In this document: positions 58,598 to 64,000 of the stretch, in pieces
Layout of the letters: every line of letters starts with the position of its first letter
Numbering within the stretch: position 1 is the first letter of the stretch
Origin: Ascoidea asiatica JCM 7603
Lineage: Eukaryota > Fungi > Ascomycota
Reading direction: 5' to 3'
DNA: 64,000 nt
Assembly: GCA_001600695.1 (NCBI GenBank)
Contig: BCKQ01000002.1
Span: 765,184 to 829,183, forward strand
The notes under the pieces: model-generated
What the model was told of the DNA's origin: nothing
The model's database searches: none
What the model saw: the letters and a program-made list of their open reading frames with translations, nothing else
Translations under genes and position numbers: made by a program

Positions 58598-59404
58598 ATG
58601 ATTCTTGATATTCTATCGTATTTTGGAATCACTTTTGGTTTTATATTTCTAACTTTAGCAATTGCCTCAGGTTTATATTATCTAAGTGAATTAGTTGAAG
58701 AATATGCTGAACCTACAAAACGAATTTTAATTAAAACTCTTGTCGCAGTTATACTGACATTTATTTTATTGATGGTTGTCGATGGTTTTCCATTTTGGTT
58801 ATCTTTCTATTCAATTTGTTTAAATATATTATATCTTAAAAATTTACAAAAATTTCCTTATTTGAATATTGAAGATTATGAATTTATTTCTGCGCTGGTT
58901 TTAACTTTATTAAATCATTATCTTTGGTTTAGATATTTTAATAATTTATCAAAATACTCACCAACTTATGAAGAAAGAATGAGTTCAGATTATCATCCTC
59001 CAAAAATTGCAAGTTTTAGTCAAATTGCAAGTTTCTTTGCTTTATGTGTATGGTTAGTTCCATTTGCTTTATTTGTTTCATTATCTGCTGGTGAAAATAT
59101 TTTACCAAGTAGTAATGAAAATATAAATATAAACTTGAATTCAAATTCAAGTTCAAATCCATCTCATCATAAAAGATATAATAGCTCAGGCTCTGGTGCA
59201 AGTTCTGCAATAAGTGCAAGATTTTTTGAAAATACTGCTAACTTCGAAGAAACTGCCTCTAATGCATCTGTTGCTTTCACAAAAAAAAGTAGAGGTTTAA
59301 TAAAATTAATAATAACGAAAGTGAAAGATTTAACTATAGATGCTTGTAGAGCTCTAGGAATTAAATTTGATGATGGTTATGGAAGACATGATAGGTTTGT
59401 CTAG
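58598..59404 (+). CDS. SVP26: Svp26/TEX261 ER-Golgi cargo adaptor
   Basis: FLTLAIASGLYYLSELVEE, NHYLWF and CVWLVPFALFVSLSAGENILP motifs. Confidence 0.95.
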   Translation: MILDILSYFGITFGFIFLTLAIASGLYYLSELVEEYAEPTKRILIKTLVAVILTFILLMVVDGFPFWLSFYSICLNILYLKNLQKFPYLNIEDYEFISALVLTLLNHYLWFRYFNNLSKYSPTYEERMSSDYHPPKIASFSQIASFFALCVWLVPFALFVSLSAGENILPSSNENININLNSNSSSNPSHHKRYNSSGSGASSAISARFFENTANFEETASNASVAFTKKSRGLIKLIITKVKDLTIDACRALGIKFDDGYGRHDRFV

Positions 59405-59914
59405 AAGTTTGGTTTTTTTTCCATTTTGATTTTAATTTTTAATTTCAAATTCATATTTCCAGTCAGATTAACATTCAAAATTTACATTTACTGTTACATT
59501 TCCACTCGCATTTACAGTTACAGCTACATTTACAATTTCTTTATAATTTTCAATTTGGTTTCAAAAAGCTTTAAGGTTTAACATTTCTCACTTGTATTAC
59601 TAATAGTTTTCGTTTGTATAGATTATATAGCGTTAACTTATCTCTACTATCAACATATTTTTATCATATTATTCGTTGTTTTAATTATCAAAACGAAATG
59701 AAGGATAGAATCTTGAATTTGAAAAAACTCATTCTATTGATGATTGAAAAGAACTGAAGAAAAATTATACCGTGCAATTATATAATGAAATTGAAAATAT
59801 TCTTTTTTTTTTCTAATATAAGAAAAATCTATATATATAAAATTTGTACAAAAAAAGAAAAATCATGAAAAAAGTTAAAGCATTATACCATTCATTAAAA
59901 ATTAAAATAAAAAA

Positions 59915-62742
59915 TCAATTAGCTATATCAATTTTGATCATACTTACACTTCTTGATCTTTGTCTTTGTCTTGCTGTAAGACCTGCTCCTGATTTTGATC
60001 TATCTCTCATTTTCATAGGTTTTAAAGTTGATACATTATTTGGATCTTGAATTCTCTTGGGCGAACCATTTGGTGAATTATTAGGGCTATTATGTGCAGA
60101 AACACCAAATTTTCTTAATTTAAGACCATCTACAATAATTGTTGGAGCTGCAAGTCCTGGAAGGGTATTTGATTTATTTAAATCAGGAAAGACTTCTGAA
60201 TTTTCTGTTGGTGATGTTAATGTTAAAGATTGAGTTGCATGAGGAGATCTATGCAGACTTATTGATCCATTACTTAATCTTTTCAAATTACTTTCTGTTA
60301 AAGGTTTGATAATATGTCTATTAAATCCTTCTTTTTCTCTGATTAATTTTTCTTGTTCTCGTTTGATATTTTTATATTCCAATTCAATTAATAAATCATT
60401 TAGTTGTTTGAGATTCTGTTCAAATATTATATCTTTAATAAATGATTTTATAAAAAATTGATATTTTTTATTTACAGGTTTGGAATCTTTATTACTTGCA
60501 GTTGAAAATGAAGGTCTCATTAATAAATGACTCAAAGGTATTGCACCACTGATTGAATTATTAGGATTGCATAAGTCATCCAAAAATTTAGTTTGAATTA
60601 ATTGAAAAGATTCAACTTCTTCATCATTTTCAGCTAATTGAATTCCATATTTAGAAACATCAATTAAATATTCAATTATTGCAATTAAAGACGAAAGATT
60701 TGCTCTTGGAATTGAATGAAATATTTTTAAAATAGAATTAAACCTTTCAAGATTATATTCAAATTTATAAGTTGGATCATCTTCAATTACTTCATATAAT
60801 GAATAATAAAGTTTTTTTAAAGGTTCATAAACATGTAAAGGAATTATACTATCTGGTAAATCTAAAAGCCATAATTTTAAACAAGAAATAGTATCGTCTA
60901 AAGAATTTGATTTGAATAAGTTTTCAATAACATCATTAATAACATTATTGTTATTATTAAAAGTAATAGAATTTGAAAATATATTAGAGTCATTGGAAAA
61001 TCTTTTTGAAAATTGATCAGAAGATTGATTTGGAGGAGTTTTGAAAGAGTTTCTATTTGAATTTGATGAATTATTATTAATTTCATTAATTTCTTTATTC
61101 TCAATATTTTTATTATTTTCAAGATCTTCAACATAATTCAAAATAAATCTTTTTAAATCATAAGCTTTTAAAATATTCAATGGTTGTAACCATGAATTTC
61201 TAGTTTCATTGCTTTTTTGTAAAATTTCAGGTTTATTATCAATTGGAATTGAAATTAAAATTTGACGTAAATTAAAGATATAAATTGATAAAAAATTTGG
61301 TAAAGATTTAATTTTCAAATTATTTGATTCATTTAATACATTTATATTTTGAACTTTATTTAATAAAGAAACATCAGTACCAAATAAAGAAGTTGAAGAA
61401 TTATTATTATTATTTTGATTATTAATTGAATTATTGAATTTTATATCTTTTTGTTCAAATTTATAATCAATAAATGGAGAATAATAATTTAAAGAATTAA
61501 ATCTTAAAATTTCATTTAATTCAAAATTTACAGATAAATTATTATTTGATTCAGAAATTAAATTATTTAAATTTTGATATTTTTTACATTCAAATTCAGA
61601 ATTTTTCATTAATAAAAAATTTAAATAATTTAAAGAATTTAAAATTTTTGAAATTTTTGATTTTTCAAATTCTTCAAATTTAATTAAAATATTAAAAAAA
61701 TTATTTTCGAAATCTTTTTTTAAATTTTCTAAGATTATTATTGAATCTTTATATTTTTTTTCTGATTTTAATAAATTTTCTTTTGCTAATTGTTTTTTAA
61801 TAATTGGATTTGTTAAAGATTGAAATTGTTTTGATAATAAATTTGTAAAAGAATTTGTTGTTGTAGATAAATTATTCAGTGGATTTAATTTTGATTTTGA
61901 ATTAGATGATGGTGGTATTAAAGAATTAGATAAAGATTTTGAAGGAGAAGTAATTGAAATCACTGGAGAAGATGATAATAAAGTTGAAGATCTATTATTT
62001 GAAGACATATCAGTTGTTGAAATTGAAGGAATTCTATTATGAAAATTATTATTTTTTGGAGTTGAGGGTGGATAAGTAATTGAATGATTAACTTTTGTAT
62101 TTATTATAATATCTTTTTGAATTTGATTTTGATTATCATTATAGTTTATAATTTTTTTAGATAAATCAGTTAATTCATAATAAGTAATTGAATTAATATT
62201 ATTAATTTGAAAATTTGAATTAATAATAATTGATTTAAAAATTGAATTTTTTGAATAAGATAATTTAATTAATTTTAAATTTAATAAAGAATTACCAAAT
62301 TTTTCAATATCACTTATTGAGAATTGAGATTTAGAATTATTTGATTTTAAAAAATTAGAAAGATTAAAATTTGTAAAATTTAAATTATTATTGTTATTGT
62401 TGTCATTGGTGTCATTGTTAATATTATTATTATTGATTGAAATTTTTTTATTTAAGAAAATTATTTCATCATTTAAATCAGATAAAAAGTTTTTTAATTC
62501 AATGAAATTATTAAAATTTGAAACACCAATAGATAAAGGATAATTGAATGTATTTATTATTAAATCATCATCACTAATTTTTTTTGGTGGATCTGATTGA
62601 GAATTTGAAATTGAATGAGAAATGGAATTAGATCTTGAAAGAGAATTAGATTCATTAAAAGTCATTGATTTTGAGAAAGATTTAGATAAAGATTGAAAAG
62701 GAGATTGATTAATGTTATTATTATCAGAAGTTGTAGCGGTGG

Positions 62743-62773
<31 letters not shown>

Positions 62774-63475
62774 GATGGTGGTTGAAATTGAATTTGAATT
62801 CATTGGAGATTGAAACTCATCATATAATTTATATTTATTAAAATAATCTAATTGTAAAATTGATAAATTTTTTAAAATATTATTATAATCATTTAAGAAA
62901 TCAGAGAAGAAATTTGAATTTAAAATTATAAAATTATTAAAATTTTTTTTAAAATTAATTAAATCATTTAAAAATTTTGAATTAATTTGTAAAATTAAAT
63001 TTTTTTTAAGAAAATTAATATCATTTAAATTATTTAAATTTAATTCAAAATTACTTAATAAAGATCTTATTGTTTTTTTATTATTTTTAATATTTTGATT
63101 AATTTGATTATTTGATTTAATATTATTTATAAATGATTTTTTATTTGAAGAATCTATAATATTTAAATAATTATAATTTAATGGGAAACCATTAAATTCA
63201 TTTCTTTCAATTATATTAAAATCATCATCAATTATTGATCTTAATTTATAAAAATCATTAAAAAAAGCAGATTTATTTTTTAAAATTAATGGATTTGAAA
63301 TTGAATTAATTTTTTCATTAAATTCAATAGATATTGAAATTGATTCTTTTATTGAATTTATGAAATTAATAATTTCAATTAATTCATTAAGTGAAAGATT
63401 TAATCTATTTAATAAATTATCAATTTGAAATTTATAATCTCTATTTGAAGACCAAAATGAATTTGCAAATCTCAT
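59915..63475 (-). CDS. RGD3: F-BAR/DEP/RhoGAP protein (Rgd2/Rgd3 family)
   Basis: N-terminal FANSFWS..DY (FCH), IEKFGNSLL (DEP-like), LFGTD and LKLWLLDLPDSIIP (RhoGAP); adjacent to SVP26 as in S. cerevisiae. Confidence 0.7.
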
Positions 63476-64000
63476 TATTATTATTATTATTGAAATATGT
63501 GTATATAAAGAGAAAGTTTTAAAGCAGTTTGAAGTTGAATAGCTAATGATAATTTAAAATAGGAATTTAGAATATCTATTTATATTATTTCAATTTGATT
63601 TGTTTTAACTTGAATTAAATTGATTTACCTAGTTTTAACTTAGATTAATCAAAATTTTCTGAGTTGATTTGAGATTATTATAATATGAGAAATGAAAGAA
63701 CTGAAAAAAAAAAAGAAATCAAATAACTCTAAGGTGAAGATTATTAAATGATTATGATATAATTAATCATTTATTGAATATGATATAAAAAATTCAGTCT
63801 TAAGAGTTGTTCTTTTATATTAATACTCAAAATATATTTAAAATAGTTCCAAAAATACGTATATAAAACATTATATTTTCATACTATTTTTATTAGATAC
63901 CTAAGAGTTACTCAGAGATGGTTTTTGGTGATTGAGCGTTACAGCTAGCGCTAACAGTAACAGCATTTAGCACTGGCTGGCGCTAACGTCGACGTTACCT

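Overview
Very AT-rich (roughly 25% GC by eye) eukaryotic DNA from a budding yeast (Saccharomycotina). The Asn-rich proteins and GTATGT/TACTAAC intron suggest an Ascoidea-like species; this is inference only. The backbone is conserved housekeeping genes: MRP8, DLD1, RFA3, MCR1, NNR2, PPE1, QNS1, GLE1, NNF1, NFS1, ZRT2, MRH4, PER1, SUI1 (intron-containing, missed by the ORF track), SLI15/INCENP, SVP26 and an RGD3-like gene. Accessory loci lie between them. (1) Two convergent orphan paralogs share a perfect 428-bp inverted repeat embedded in clearly diverged flanks; inverting the 1.58-kb spacer would swap their different C-termini between two promoters, a candidate flip/flop switch. (2) A chromosomal K1-killer-toxin-like preprotoxin gene has its signal peptide cut off by one in-frame TGA. 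(3) A Fot1/pogo DD35D transposase-like gene has no visible TIRs. (4) A divergent profilin lacks the poly-proline-binding aromatics. (5) There is an intact F-box/LRR gene and a probable ~3.5-kb fossil repeat-protein (F-box/LRR-like) gene. (6) Several orphan ORFs are present. No tRNA, rRNA or CRISPR was recognised. All homology calls come from remembered motifs, not database searches.
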